Counted from the first letter of the stretch, positions 40,870-55,213 are shown. The stretch is DNA of 64,000 bases from Octopus vulgaris (GCA_951406725.2 OX597837.1:39370001-39434000), one strand, 5' to 3'. Translations and numbers: made by a program. The notes: generated from the sequence alone by a model not told the origin.

Positions 40870-42411
40870 TATACATATATGTACATATATATATATATGT
40901 ATTTCATTTTGTACATATATTTTTCATGATCATTTCCTTTCAGCTTGTTTTTCCTTGTTATTTATTTTATGATCTGATTTACCTTTTGATTATAATTATC
41001 ACCGTTAATTAAATTTAATTGTCGTGAGTAGAAGGAATCCAGTTGGTAGCCGATTCCGTTGTGAACATCATGATGCCACCTTGTTTTTTTGTCCAAGAAG
41101 GTCAGGCAATTTTTCTCCATCCATCTGGTCACCATGGCAAAAGAGGTTGTGCAGTGGACAATACTTCGATCAGTAAACAGCAAGCAGTTTTATATTTGGC
41201 AAAGCCCTCGTTAATTTATTCTCTTGAGGAAAGCGAGGGTAAAGAAGGAGTTGCTTTCTCTCAGTAAATTTCTTTGAAAGGTGGGTTACGGTAACGAACA
41301 TGGTGAATGTGACTACTTCGAGTATGTATTTGTAGGCTAGAAAACAGCAGATGAGAGAGAGGGCACTTGATCTTGATATAGAGGGTTTTTGAGAATTTGG
41401 GGGATTGGTTTCCTTGATTTGCCCTAAGCAGCTATTCTGCCTATTAGGGAATTTTGTTATCACTTGTACTTGTAAGCCCTTTTTATTTTTACATACCCTG
41501 CACAACTCCAAACCTCAATTCTTGCATGTTATCCTCTTGTCTTTCGTGCCATCATCTTTTTCTTTGAGCTTTTTCTGATGTCAATAAAACAATTATTGAA
41601 AGGCCTGTGGATAGAGTTTCCTCTTCGGGAAAGCCCTCAATGAAATTCTTTAACCGTTTAATTGCAAAATTAAATTCCATGGTTATTCCAGTAATAATGT
41701 TAAATATCTACCAAAAACACAGAATTGGTATTTCTGCCAAATTGTTTTGCCTCAATAAACTTGACACGTCTCAACAAAATATAGTCTCAAACACGACATT
41801 CCTCAACAAAAGATAAACTGGTATATAAAAACTGCTTTCCACAGTAAAAGTAAGGAAATTGTGAATGGTTAAATCTGATTTTCTGCAGTAAAAGAATTAT
41901 ATTTCATTAGTTCCAGTTGAAAAGGAGAGTAAGAGCGGAGAGGGAAGTGCTTCCTATCCCGGTGAATTTGTCAAAAGGTGGGTGACAGTGGTAAAGATAT
42001 TTACGGCGAAAGGGCCTACGCTAAGCATGTGCCTGCAAATTGGAGAGAACAACAGTTGAGGGTGAGGGCTTGTGCCATTGGTGATCAGAGCGATGCTGGA
42101 TCTGTGAGGTTTCTTGATTAACCCTAATTGGAAGTTCTCCATCTTCTTCTTCTTCTCCTGCATCAGGACCGCATCGTAGATGTGTTCACATATTTTGTAT
42201 GCTTTGTATTACTTTTTTTTTATTTCATTTACTTCTCCATCTTTCTTCCTTTCTTTCTTTCCCCCCCCTCTTCATCTCTTGTATAAACCTCCTTTACACA
42301 AATTATAAAACGTCCTTGTAACGTGCCATCCCACCTCATCTGAGGCCTCTGTAACAAACGAATCCTGATCCTCATCCTCCTCATCATCATCATCGACATC
42401 ATCACCATCAC

Positions 42412-42452
<41 letters not shown>

Positions 42453-42599
42453 ACATCATCATCATTTATTATCAAGCTAGCACATGCTAATTTAATTTAA
42501 TTAGCGGGCATTTTTTTTCTTATCTCGAGGTTTGACGTCTACAAGTCTTCTCATCAAATCTCAAGAAATTCTCACAAAATACAGGCTGGTATTTTTCAG

Positions 42600-42800
42600 C
42601 AGGTTGACAATGCAGAACTCCGATTGCAATCTCTTTCAGGCGGCGTTTTACATGTTGCGCCAAGTGCACCAATAACCACAGGAATAATTGTTGCCTTGGT
42701 CTTCGGCAGACTCTTCAGTTCTTTGACCAGATCCCAATATTTCTCAAATTCTTTTGCATCTTTTGTAAATTTTCTTCCGATGTCTTTTGCATCATGGGGA
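42600..42800 (-). mobile_element. R4/Dong-like LINE fragment
   Basis: KEFEKYWDLVKELKSLPKTKATIIPVVIGALGAT, next to (TTA)n at 42843-42925. Confidence 0.65.
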
Positions 42801-42854
42801 ATTTACTAAGTCTATGATCTTACACCATTTGCTTACTTTTCGTTTATTATCATC

Positions 42855-42914
<60 letters not shown>

Positions 42915-43162
42915 GTTATTATTATTGCCAGAAGTATTTTTTTTTTTTAAACTTCCTTCTCCTGAGCAGTTGTAAGACTCGTAACAATTTCTGTTAAGTG
43001 GCCACCACTACATTGGACACGTTCGCTTTCACTTTGATCCTTCTCGGCATCTTCTCGTTAATTATTTCTAACATCATCATCATCATCATTGTCGTCATCT
43101 TCATCATCCACATTATCATCATCACCATCATCTTAATCGTCACTGTCATCATCACCATCTTC

Positions 43163-43213
<51 letters not shown>

Positions 43214-43487
43214 TTCATCACCATCATCAACATCATCACCACCATCATCATTATTATCATCATTATTTACATTATTATATTCGCTGACTTCAGTTCTTGT
43301 TTAGATCACCAGGATTTACAGTTCAATAAAAACAGCATTATCAGCAGATTTCAACATTATCTGTTGCATTAAAGGAAATTAATTTTTACTAATATATACA
43401 TAATATATACATTTATAATATAATATAAATATATATATAACATGTAATCTCTCTATATATATTGTATATAATATATATGCATATATA

Positions 43488-43522
<35 letters not shown>

Positions 43523-43743
43523 GTGTGTGTATATATATATATATACACATGCATATATATATGTATGTATATATACATGTATGTATAAATTTCATGTATC
43601 TAGTTCACATATTATTAAAACTTTTCAGTTACATATGCTTTTTTATATATTTTGTTTCGTTTTTTTTCTCTTTCTCTTTTTCTCTCTGTCTCTATATGTA
43701 TACATATAGATATGTGTGTGTACGTGTGTGCATATGTTTGCGT

Positions 43744-43792
<49 letters not shown>

Positions 43793-43933
43793 ACATATAT
43801 ATATATATATACACACATATATACACACACACATATATATTACACATGCATATATACATATGTATATATACACACATATATATATATACACAAAATATTT
43901 GTATATATGTATCTATGTATATATGTGTATGTA

Positions 43934-43998
<65 letters not shown>

Positions 43999-44050
43999 AT
44001 TATTTGAGGGAATATTTGTATATATATATGTATCTATATATATATGCATG

Positions 44051-44105
<55 letters not shown>

Positions 44106-44160
44106 ATTATTTGAGGGAATATTTGTATATATATGTATGTATGTATGTATATATGTGTAC

Positions 44161-44290
<130 letters not shown>

Positions 44291-44872
44291 GTATATATAT
44301 ATTTATATAAACACACATAAACACACACACAATACACATGCATGGACACACATCTTCTCTTTGTTTCAAATTTCACTTTGACAACTGTTTTCCCCCTAAT
44401 ATGCATGTATATATGCACATGCATTTTTCCATGTATATGTGTGTGTTTGTGTGTATTTGCACATGTGTATATATATATAAAAAACATTTATATATATATA
44501 TATCTACAGTGCATGTACGTACACACACTCACACATATATGTATACATTATATTCCTTGTTTGTTTTATATGCTCCACCTGTAACATCTGTTTCGTCTTC
44601 TTCTATATCTATTTCGTTATTTGTGTCTCGTTTATTGATTGGTTCAATTATCTCAATTAGCAACATCCGTTGCATACCATTTTCTCACAGTTCTTCCATC
44701 TCATTCATTTTTTTTTTGCTTCTTTTAGATTTATTTTTTGTAACCATTTTTACCATTTTATCTGTATCAGTTTGGTTCCATATATTTTTGCGTTTAGTTT
44801 TCTCACAGCTCTTTCGCATTCTGTATATATATGTATATATATACATTTTACCTGTTTCCTCTGCTATAAATA

Positions 44873-44908
<36 letters not shown>

Positions 44909-45098
44909 CATAATTATATATATATTTATGTATAAATATCATTTACACCTGGTTCATGTTTGCATCTTTTACATTGTTATTTCTTTACACCTGTTTCTGC
45001 TAATGTCGAATTCACATCATGGTGTCTCACAACTTCCTCCTATGACCAAATTATCCAAGACTATCAGGTTCCAAAATATTTAACCAATTTGTTTAGCT

Positions 45099-47415
45099 CT
45101 AGGCGTCAGTTATATCTTCTTCTGGCAGTTTTATGATTGGAATATCTTGAATGGGGACTGGTTGCAACGATTCGCTACTCTTGCTTTCACCTTTCTCTGC
45201 CTCTTCAGTCCATTCTACGGCCGCTGGTTTCTCTTCAGTCGAATACTCCTCTTCTATACTATCCTGTGGAGACATTCGTCGCACTGAGCTTGCGCTACTG
45301 TCACTACCCAGGCTGGCGCTGCGTGTACTTGGACTTAGACGGTCGTGTCGGTGTACTTCATAGAACGACGGGTCAGTATGCTTTCGCGTTAGCCGATGAC
45401 GTGGATGCGTCCTTGGCGATCGTCGCATACTAATACCTCCTTCCATTTTAGGGTCTTGTCTAAGAAACTGGTTGAAAATTTCGTTTGATTTCTCATCAAT
45501 ACTATAATCTCTGGATAAAGATCGTTCCTTATGCTCACGCTGCTGGGCCCGAAAGAAACGAGTGAAAACTGACAGTTTTCCAGACAAGGAGTTGTCTTCA
45601 AAGCTGTCTCCTGAAGGTTGGTCAGATTTGGAATCTGTTTCCGGTTCATTGATGCTGTCATAAACTTGAACCACTTGCCGTTCTCGACTATACTCTCGTC
45701 TCTTCTTCGAAGCAGTTTTACCATTTCTTCGATCGAAATGGGAGTTACCTGCCGATTTCTTGTGTTTCTTGACCGGAGTATCAGGAGCAGAGCTTTGGAA
45801 CGAAGGGGTGGGCGTGGCTGGCTCGGATGTAGGAGCCGTCACTGGAGGAGGAGGTGCAGCTTGCTTGATTGGAGTCTTTGTACCAACACAACTTTCAATG
45901 TCCATGTTACAAGATGAGTTTCCGGGTGAAGTGCCTGGGGAAGTGCCAGCAGGTGAATGTCCCGGCGAATGACCTGGAGAATGTCCTGGCGACCTTCTCA
46001 AAGAGCTATTCTGGGAAGGGATTTGTGTTTCTAAAGATTTATAACCACTGTCTGCTTTCATTTGTCGTAGTTTACTAGTTTGACTCTCTGTAGTGCTGTC
46101 TGTGTTATCAGTGGTTGATTCAAAGGATGTGGTCGTCACTTCGTGTCGACTTGTATCGGACACTTCCCCATCGGTGTCCACTGTGTCGACGCTATCGAAG
46201 CTGTTGTCCCCACTTGCTACCGGTTGATTGGGTCTCTGAAGTCTTCGGTGTAAGATATCTTTGTAGGATTGGCGCCTGCTTTCGTAATTCGGATGGAGAA
46301 GGTTGCTTGAGTGACGTTGGAGTTCTAGTAAGAACCTCTCTTCTCTTCGAGTGTAGGTGACAGGGCTGCTGCTACTCTGCTGAGCCACAGGTTCAGTGTT
46401 CGACTCAAACGAAGTCGTGTTCGAAGCACCGTGTCCAATGTCCGGGGACTGGTCAGCTGAGTTATCTTCCATTCGAATTGTATCGCTACAATCCCCCTCT
46501 TCTTCTTCCAGCGTAGCCCTCAGATTCCACAGTTCTTTGTATCTTTGGCTACCGTTTAATGTTTCCGTATCATCACTCTCGTTCGACACTATGCCTGCGT
46601 GGTCATAATCGTTTGCAAACTCAAGATGCCTGTCGTTCAGCTGCTCCAAACTCCCTGTGTCGTTGTAGCGTACCTTTGGCGAACCGACATCTGACGCTAA
46701 GTCGTAATCAGCGTTGTGGAAGGGACCTCGTGTGAATTCCGTTATCTTCAGTGTATCGTAATCAGTCGTGTCATCATAAACCTGCATGCTGCTGCTGTCG
46801 GGGAGTTGCCACGTTTTGATGGGGCTCACCGTGTCCATGCTGTGCGATTGTAAAGACTTCGAGGGGATCGTCGACAAGGTGAGGGGCGGTAATGGCGGCG
46901 GTGTCGGTGAGGGGAGAGGTAGAGGTAGCGGGAGAGGCAGTGCCGTGGGCGAAGGCGACGATGAGGACGATGATGGGAGCGGCAGCGCTGACGCCACGAC
47001 GGCTGCTGCCGAGGCCGCTGCTCTCGTTGCTGCCGACACGGCTGGCAGCGGTAGCGGCGGCGGAGGCGGCGGTGGCGGCGAACTTTTCCCGTTTTCTTTG
47101 CAACAATGTTCGGTCAAGTTAGCGTTTTGTTGACAATGGACTTCAACCAAGATCTCTGTTTGAGTCGGCCTGTTGGTCGGAGAGGGGGATTCTTCAATGC
47201 ACTGCTGCCGAGACAGACTCAGGGTGGTTGGCATCATAAAACCATAGACGCATTTGCCGTCCAAACTTCCCGAACTTTTGCACACGAAATTCTTTGCATC
47301 TGTGCTATCATTGTTCATGCTGTTTTGGGATCCAAGTGAGGAATGCTTGCAAAATGGTGTATTAAACTTCTCAACTCGGAGAGTCTTCAAGTAATGGAAA
47401 TCACCTTCTGTATAT
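45099..47415 (-). CDS. CBARP: CBARP/BARP-like (voltage-dependent calcium channel beta subunit-associated regulatory protein), terminal exon
   Basis: ttctacttttcacag|A acceptor, 2317 nt open to TAG. Motifs YTEGDFHYLK, YKELWNLRATLE, LRQMKADSGYKSLE, RDYSIDEKSNEIFNQFLRQDP and RKHTDP match remembered human TEGDFHHLK, YRDLWSLRASLE, LLQMDSGYASIE, RDYSIDEKTDALFHEFLRHDP and RQHSDP, in the same order. Confidence 0.9.
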
Positions 47416-47485
47416 CTGTGAAAAGTAGAAACAATTAAATAGACATGATATATATCTTGTATGTTTTATACACACACACACACAG

Positions 47486-47558
<73 letters not shown>

Positions 47559-47644
47559 TTATTATTTGAGGGAATGAAATCCAAACTTACAAGGAAAAAA
47601 ATTCAATTTAGAAATACTAAATCAAATTTCACACAATATAATAT

Positions 47645-47955
47645 ATATATAAAAAATGAGAAAAAACCCACCTTTATCAATTCAAAATGAACAATTAAAT
47701 TACACCATCTAGAAAATTACATATAATAGAAATATTAAAATTAAAATAACAATAAAATGTCAATGATTAGTAAATTGCAAAAAAATAATAAAAACGTATA
47801 TAATTGGTAGAATAACATTTTAATTATTTTTTTGCAATTTACTTAATCATTGACATTTTATTGTTATTTTAATTTTAATATTTCTATTATATGTAATTTT
47901 CTAGATGGTGTAATTTAATTGTTCATTTTGAATTGATAAAAGGTGTTTTTTTTTC

Positions 47956-47970
<15 letters not shown>
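47645..47970. repeat. long inverted repeat (foldback), ~145-bp arms with a ~25-nt loop
   Basis: cacctttatcaattcaaaatgaac...aattgcaaaaaaataat versus attatttttttgcaatt...gttcattttgaattgataaaaggtg. Confidence 0.92.
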
Positions 47971-47987
<17 letters not shown>

Positions 47988-48257
47988 AAACTAATAGCGA
48001 AGGATTATCAATCTGTGCAAAATACTTCATATTTTTAACTTGTTTCTTATATATCAAAAGGACGTGTTATAATCCTTATCCACTTATACAAAAACAGCCA
48101 TACCAATAATCCACTATACCCCCATCATCAGCTGCCCCACGGATATCATTATGGTTTCGACACCTGGGCAATATATACAAATATATATATAATGTGTGTG
48201 TAGATTTACATTTAACTATTTATCTATCAATTAGTTTGCCTTCAACACACACACACA

Positions 48258-48311
<54 letters not shown>

Positions 48312-48451
48312 CACTTAAACATATATGATATGATAAAGCTTTGTGTAATGTGTGACACCATTGCTGTTTTGTCAGCTGTCTTAAAATTAGAGAACATTTT
48401 GGATTATATGCAAAAATGCACACACACACAAACACACACACACATACATAC

Positions 48452-49384
48452 GCATGTGATTAGCAACTATCCTAAAATGTCGTCTTGGTGCAACCTCCCT
48501 ACGCGGCGCAATGTTGTTGTTAAAACAATTTACAATGCCATCTGCAGAAAAGACTGTCTTAAAGGAACACTGGTGGAATATTCCCACCAAAACTTCAGAT
48601 ATTGTTGTTTGGGACAGAGGGACAACGGTATATACCTTCGTAGAGGTCGGCTTCCCAGCATATATAAATATCTCTTTGAAAATCAGAACCTTCAGCTTCT
48701 ATATTCAGACTATGAATTCATATACATACCAATAATAATTGGAACACTGGAAGCACTCCGTCATTTCGACGACGAGGGTTCCCGTTGATCCGATCAACGG
48801 AACAGCCTGCTCGTGAAATTAACGTGTTAGTGGCTGAGCACTCCACAGACACGTGTACCCTTAACGTAGTTCTCGGGGATATTCAGCGTGACACAAAGAG
48901 TGACAAGGCCGGCCCTTTGAAATACAGGTACAACAGAAACAGGAAGTAAGAGTGAGAGAAAGTTGTGGTGAAAGAGTACAGCAGGGATCCCCACCATCCC
49001 CTGCCGGAGCCTCGTGGAGCTTCTTTAGGTGTTTTCGCTCAATAAACACTGACAACGCCCGGTCTGGGAATCGAAACCACGATCCTACGACCGCGAGTCC
49101 GCTGCCCTAACCACTGGGCCATTGCGCCTCCACAGCAATTGGAACACTAGGTTTTGTTAGTAAATGCTTAAAGGAGAATCTGGATAAACTAGGATTTTCA
49201 GAAAGAGAAAATGAACGGCTGATCCGTACATTACAAGTCCAATCAGTAAGTGGAACAATAAAAATATGCAAGACTTTTCTCAAGTTCCAAATGTGAACAA
49301 CCCAAAGAGGAAGCCTTGTATCTCTGTTGGAAACCGGATCCCTCCTCAGTGGAAGATTTATAATAATTAAAAAATAGAAGAGAC
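48452..49384 (+). mobile_element. decayed RLE-type LINE 3' end with a (CATA)n tail, interrupted by a SINE
   Basis: HVISNYPKMS..., WWNIPTKTSDIVVWDRGTTVYTFVEVGFP, LQLLYSDYEFIYIPIIIGTL|GFVSKCLKENLDKLGF...SVSGTIKICKTFLKFQM*. Confidence 0.75.
48749..49136 (-). mobile_element. SINE family C with a 12-bp TSD
   Basis: TSD aattggaacact at 48737-48748 and 49137-49148. Confidence 0.9.
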
Positions 49385-49547
49385 ACATACATACATACAT
49401 ACATACATACATACATACATACAAACATACATACAATACATACATACATAAATCCTCACTTGTACCCATCGTCATAGGTACTTTAGGCTATGTGCTTACA
49501 AATTTACACAAAAAAATCTTTTTTTGAAGAAAGGGAAAAAGAAACTG

Positions 49548-49590
<43 letters not shown>

Positions 49591-49599
49591 GGAATAAGT

Positions 49600-49642
<43 letters not shown>

Positions 49643-49672
49643 TCATCATCATTTACCATCTGTTTCCATGCT

Positions 49673-49726
<54 letters not shown>

Positions 49727-49887
49727 TATATCCAACTTATTCCTCACTCTCTCTCTCTCTGTATGTAATATATATATGTAAAAATGTATGTATAAAGAGA
49801 GAGAATATTAGTATGCATGTACACACACACACACACACATATAAGGATTAAACAGAGACTGAGTATCATATACACACAAGCAGAGAA

Positions 49888-49932
<45 letters not shown>

Positions 49933-50035
49933 AGAGAGAATGAGAAATATATATATATATATATACAGAGCCAAAGAGAGAGGGAGAGAGAGAGATAGAT
50001 AGAGAGAGAGAGAACTTGTAAAAGCGTTGACTAAC

Positions 50036-50183
50036 CGTCTTCCTTTTTTCAAATATTTGGCGGCCGAAGGAGGGAGATTATCAAGTTGGAAAGAAACACG
50101 TCTACCATCTTTGAGTTCTGCCTCATCTTCATCTTCATAATCTCCATGATCGTCTCCTTCATAGTAATCATCCATAGAGACAC
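50036..50183 (-). CDS. CBARP: CBARP-like exon (VSMDDYYEG...DGRRVSFQLD...KKGRR); alternative acceptor at 50186
   Basis: tttcgccagcag|GT acceptor and CG|gttagt donor. CG+A gives KGRRY across the junction; GRRVSF and KGRRY match remembered human CBARP. Confidence 0.88.
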
Positions 50184-50231
50184 CTGCTGGCGAAACAGCG
50201 AAACAAAATTATAATAATTATGCATTTATAT

Positions 50232-50277
<46 letters not shown>

Positions 50278-50278
50278 G

Positions 50279-50328
<50 letters not shown>

Positions 50329-50596
50329 CATACACACACGTACACACACACACACATATATACATACACACACGTGCACACAGATATATACATCCCGGTT
50401 TCCATGGCGTATGTGACCCCAGCTGGACGGGACGCCAGTCCATCGCAGCGTTACTCATTTTTGCCAGCTGAATGGACTGGAGCAACGTGAAATGAAGTGT
50501 TTTGCTCAAGAACACAACGCGTCGCCCGGTCCAGGAATCGAAACCACAATCTTACGATCATGATGCTGACACCCTAACCACGAAGACACGTGCCTC

Positions 50597-50627
<31 letters not shown>

Positions 50628-50907
50628 TATATTAAATTAGAGATAAAACCACTATTAGGCAAATCATACAATGAAAAACTTAAGCCAATACATAAGATTA
50701 TTTAATTTATATTATTTAAATATATAACAAAATTATAAAAAAAAATATAATTAATATAACACTACGATCGTTTCATGGCTGTTAATTTCTTTAAATTTTC
50801 GAGTTACAGTCATTCATTAGGTGGTTTAAATATTTAACTTGGCGAGGTTTAATCAAATTATAATAATTATGCATTTATATATACATACATATATATATGT
50901 ACGCACG

Positions 50908-50983
<76 letters not shown>

Positions 50984-51139
50984 CATACACACATATATAA
51001 ATATATATAAGGCATGATTTATTCGTGATCAGAGGCGTTCGTAAAATGAGGTTCTACTGTATTAAATGAATACGAGAAAGACAAGAGATAAAGAACAATT
51101 TATTCGTGAACCAGAGCTGGTCAAAAGCCGGCGTTCTAC

Positions 51140-51189
<50 letters not shown>

Positions 51190-51975
51190 CTCATGCATAT
51201 CCCAGAGTCCAAACACATCTTATGTACTCCTTTGTGTGTACTCACTTTCATTAATTTGCTTCATGGATTCTTTAAATTTGGTTCTTTCTGATGGTTCCTG
51301 GTCCTCAAGACATCGCTCCTGGTCCCTGGAACATACATTAAATAATAACAACCGTAGCAGCAGCAGCAGCAGCACCAACAACAAGAACGACAACAATGAC
51401 AACAACAATAGTAATAAAGACAAAAGCAACAGCAGTAGCAGCAGCAGCAGCAGCAACAAAAGCTGTTCCCAAACTATCTACTATAATAATACTCTTGTGT
51501 TTTTCTCCGGCACAAAATGTGAATGAGGAAGGAAGGGGTGATAGATGAATAAGGAAGGAGGGAAGGAAGGAAGGAAGAAAGGAATGATAGATGAATAAGG
51601 AAGGAAGGAAGGAAGAAAGGGGTGATAGATGAATAAGGAAGGAAGGGGTGATGGCAAACTGGTAGTGGGATGGTGAACATTCAACGCTGAAAAGAAAAAT
51701 CAAACAGCATTTCAACTCTATGAGTATGTGTGTCTATGTGTGTGCATGTACAAGGGAATCTGTGAATATTGACAAGTGTTTAATCTGATTTACCATCCGT
51801 ATTTTATATAAAATTCTACAATTAGCCGTCATTTTTGGCGGTACGGGGCCAGCTGGTCAATAATATTTCACTGATGGCTAATTTAAATCCAAAAATTTAA
51901 AACACAAAAAGAGCACAATCAGTTCTGCGAACGAACTTAGACTGAGGCACTAAAGAAGGGAAACTGGGAACTCAC

Positions 51976-52041
51976 TTGTGATCTGGCTCCATGGTGAGCA
52001 ACTGTTGAGGGCAAAATGACGGTAAGGGCTCCAGAGACGGA
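51976..52041 (-). CDS. CBARP: predicted CBARP-like 66-nt exon (RLWSPYRHFALNSCSPWSQIT); alternative acceptor at 52044
   Basis: tttttttgtttccattgcagcag| acceptor and A|gtgagt donor; open in the required phase 1-1. No homology recognised. Confidence 0.6.
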
Positions 52042-52159
52042 CTGCTGCAATGGAAACAAAAAAACATAATTAGGTGTTAGGTTAATGTCTAGCTCGTGAA
52101 GGTCATCCATCGGTTATATCATTTATTATGGATTCAGTAGCAATCCCCCGGAGGCTGCA

Positions 52160-52760
52160 ACATCATCGTCGTCGTCGTCGTCGTCATCGTCATCGTCATC
52201 ATCATCATCAACATTGTCGTCGTCGTCGTCATTGTCATAATCGTCATCATCGTCGTCGTTGTCATCATCGTCGTCGTCGTCATTCTCATAATCGTCATCA
52301 TCGTCGTCGTTGTCATCATCGCCGTCGTCGTCATTCTCATAATCGTCATCATCGCCGTCGTCGTCATCGTCATCGTCATCATCATCATCAACATTGTCGT
52401 CGTCATCGTCATTGTCATAATCGTCATCATCGTCGTCGTTGTCATCATCATCGTCATCATCATCATCATCAACATTATCGTCGTCATCATCATCATCGTC
52501 GTCGTTGTCATTGTCATAATCGTCATCATCGTCGTCGTCGTCGTCATCATCATCGTCGTCGTCGTCATCATCGTCATCGTCATCATCAACATTGTCGTCG
52601 TCGTCGTCGTCATCATCATCACCGTCGTCATTGTCATAATCATCATCGTCGTCATCGTCATCATCAACATCGTCGTCATCATCATCGTCATCATCATCAT
52701 CATAATCAACATTGTTGTTGTCGTCGTCATCATCATCATCAACATTGTTGTTGTCGTCGT
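52160..52760. repeat. complex (ATC/GTC)n trinucleotide tract
   Basis: Directly visible, with recurring cattgtcataatcg subunits. Confidence 0.92.
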
Positions 52761-53237
52761 GGAACCGAACCCGAAACCACATGGTTAGGAAGCAAGCTTC
52801 TTAACTACGTAGCCATACTTGCTGTATAAGCATAATGAAATATAGCAAAATAACGAAGTCGACTTTGCCTTTCATCCTTTTGAGGTCGATAAATTAAGTA
52901 CCAGTTGTGTACTGGGATCGATGTAATCGACTGGCCCCCTCCCCAAACGTTTTGGACCTTGTGCTTAGAGCAAAAATGAATATTTTTTGTAGTATTTAAG
53001 GGCAGCTTAGTTGCATTTCGTCCGTCTTTGCCTTTCACCCTTTTTGGATGATAAAATAAATACTAGTTGAACTCCAGCTAGGGTCAATGTAATCAAGACC
53101 AATGTTCTTGTCGTGCCATATGGTAGATTGCTAATAGATTCTGTTCAAGAATTCTGTTAGCATTGCTAGTGTATATAAAAGCGTTTGTTGGTGAATGAGA
53201 GTGTTAATAGAAAAATGGTGCTTTAAAGAAGACACTT

Positions 53238-53689
53238 CGGATCTTTTCGGTTTGAACGGCAGTTTTTAAGATAATTTCTAGGTAACTAAAAAAATTTAAA
53301 CTTCGTATACTGGTAGAATGTGTTTACAAAACATCTTTTTCTCTTGGCTTTATTGAGAAAATTCTATAGTTTGTAAGATATTTGTTGTTTTTTTCTTCAA
53401 TTTCTGCAATTTCAACCAATCAGTGACGTCTATTGAGTTGAAAAGCATTCCGTGCCGTATGAATATGTCCCTCGTTTAAGAAACAGATTGGGTTTATTTA
53501 TATTTGTGAAGAAAAAAAAGATACCCTTCCTCCACTCCAACTCTAACCCTATCCCTATCTCTAACCCTAACTAACCCTAACCCTAAAAGAGATTGAGATA
53601 CGATAGATCGATTCTAGGGGTCATTATTATGGGTGACAATTTCATATGACACCGCTAGAAAAAAGTGCCGTTCAAACCGAAAAGATCCG
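53238..53689. mobile_element. MITE with 24-bp perfect TIRs and internal telomere-like (CCCTAA)n
   Basis: cggatcttttcggtttgaacggca / tgccgttcaaaccgaaaagatccg; flanks acactt/acacct (possible 6-bp TSD). Confidence 0.85.
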
Positions 53690-54513
53690 ACACCTCGGTT
53701 ATTAATCTCAGCTAGTGGGACTGTTTAAGCAAAACATTAACCATTTTTCATGATACAAACAAGAAGCAAGAGATCTATAGTGCCGGACTACGAACCCCCT
53801 ATTTCTTGCTTGCATCATGAACAACAGACAAAACATGCAAACGTGAGTGTTCTGCTAACATCACTTGTAGAATTCTTGTAGTGTTCTGTGACAGAATTCC
53901 AACACATTCTGTTCAGGCATTCAGTCGATATTTTACCAAATGTTCCTTGTAGCATTCTTGTAATGTCATGTATAGTGGCTTGTTAATACACTTCGTTTAA
54001 GCATTCTGTTAGTATTACAAAGTATTATTCTCTTAAATAGTGACTCTTGTATAAGGAAGATTCTTTTCACGGTTTCTTTTTAAGCATTCAGCCAAGATTC
54101 TGTAGCATTCAGGTAACATTCAACATTGATATGATATTAAATAGTGTGATGATAATGATGTGTTTGAAATAACTAAATCAAAATTTTAAAGAAAAAAATC
54201 CAACAACAAACACCTATAAAATAAACACGAAATGTCAACAACCAAGAAAGAAAAGCAAGAATTTTTCTGTGGTTTAAAAAAAAAAAAGTATATATACAGA
54301 ACACTAGTGGAATAAATAGCAGCAGAGTCTTTTGAGAAAATATCTAGAAGTGCCATTCTGATAATTTCAAAGAGACGCATGCAACTTGTCCAATTATGGC
54401 TTCCATGAAAATGTTCTTGTATAAATGACGATGTGAGAAAATTAATAAGATTCGTGATTAAGGAAAAAAAAATGTTGATACATTATTATGCCGGAAGTGT
54501 TGAGTGCTGTATG

Positions 54514-54558
<45 letters not shown>

Positions 54559-54680
54559 TGTGTGTGTATGTGTGTGCAGAGTACAGTAGGTAGAAGGGAG
54601 GGTGTGAGTGAAGAGAAGATGAGAGTGATAGAGAAATGAAAAGGTATTGATATGTGTGTGTGTGTGTATGTGTGTGTGTA

Positions 54681-54730
<50 letters not shown>

Positions 54731-54812
54731 GACAGATAGATATAACACCTCCTTCATTACTGTCATTTTAACATTTATATTGCAAAGAAACAACAACAAC
54801 AACAACAACAAC

Positions 54813-54876
<64 letters not shown>

Positions 54877-54878
<2 letters not shown>

Positions 54879-55158
54879 CGAGAACTGTTCCTATTATTGT
54901 GGGTGCCCTAGTTACGATAAAAAGGGATGTCAGAAACATTTAGATAAGATCCCAGGAGAACCATGTCTCAGAGAAATCCAAAAGATTGTGCTCACAAGTA
55001 CTGACCACATCCTTAGAAAAAAAACTCTATCCATTTAAATGTCTGTGCTGCATTACATGAAGATATTTCGCTACTGCCCTTGCCACTCCCTCCCCCCCCC
55101 AAAAAAAAAAATGTAACGACGAGCGAAATATCACTAAACATTCTGCCAGTCAGGTGCC
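54877..55158 (+). mobile_element. R4/Dong-like LINE 3' fragment in (TAA)n
   Basis: TRTVPIIVGAL...KHLDKIPGEPCLREIQKIVLTSTDHILRK, flanked by (AAT)n on both sides. Confidence 0.75.

Positions 55159-55213
<55 letters not shown>

Noticed and set aside
41020-42140. Two diverged blocks with short ORFs (41170-41511, 41954-42163)
   Set aside because: They look like decayed repeat copies; no recognisable protein motif.
45137-47339. Plus-strand ORFs overlapping the large minus-strand exon
   Set aside because: Antisense shadows of a GC-rich coding exon.
53540-53586. True telomere or chromosome fusion site
   Set aside because: A short degenerate tract internal to a TIR element.
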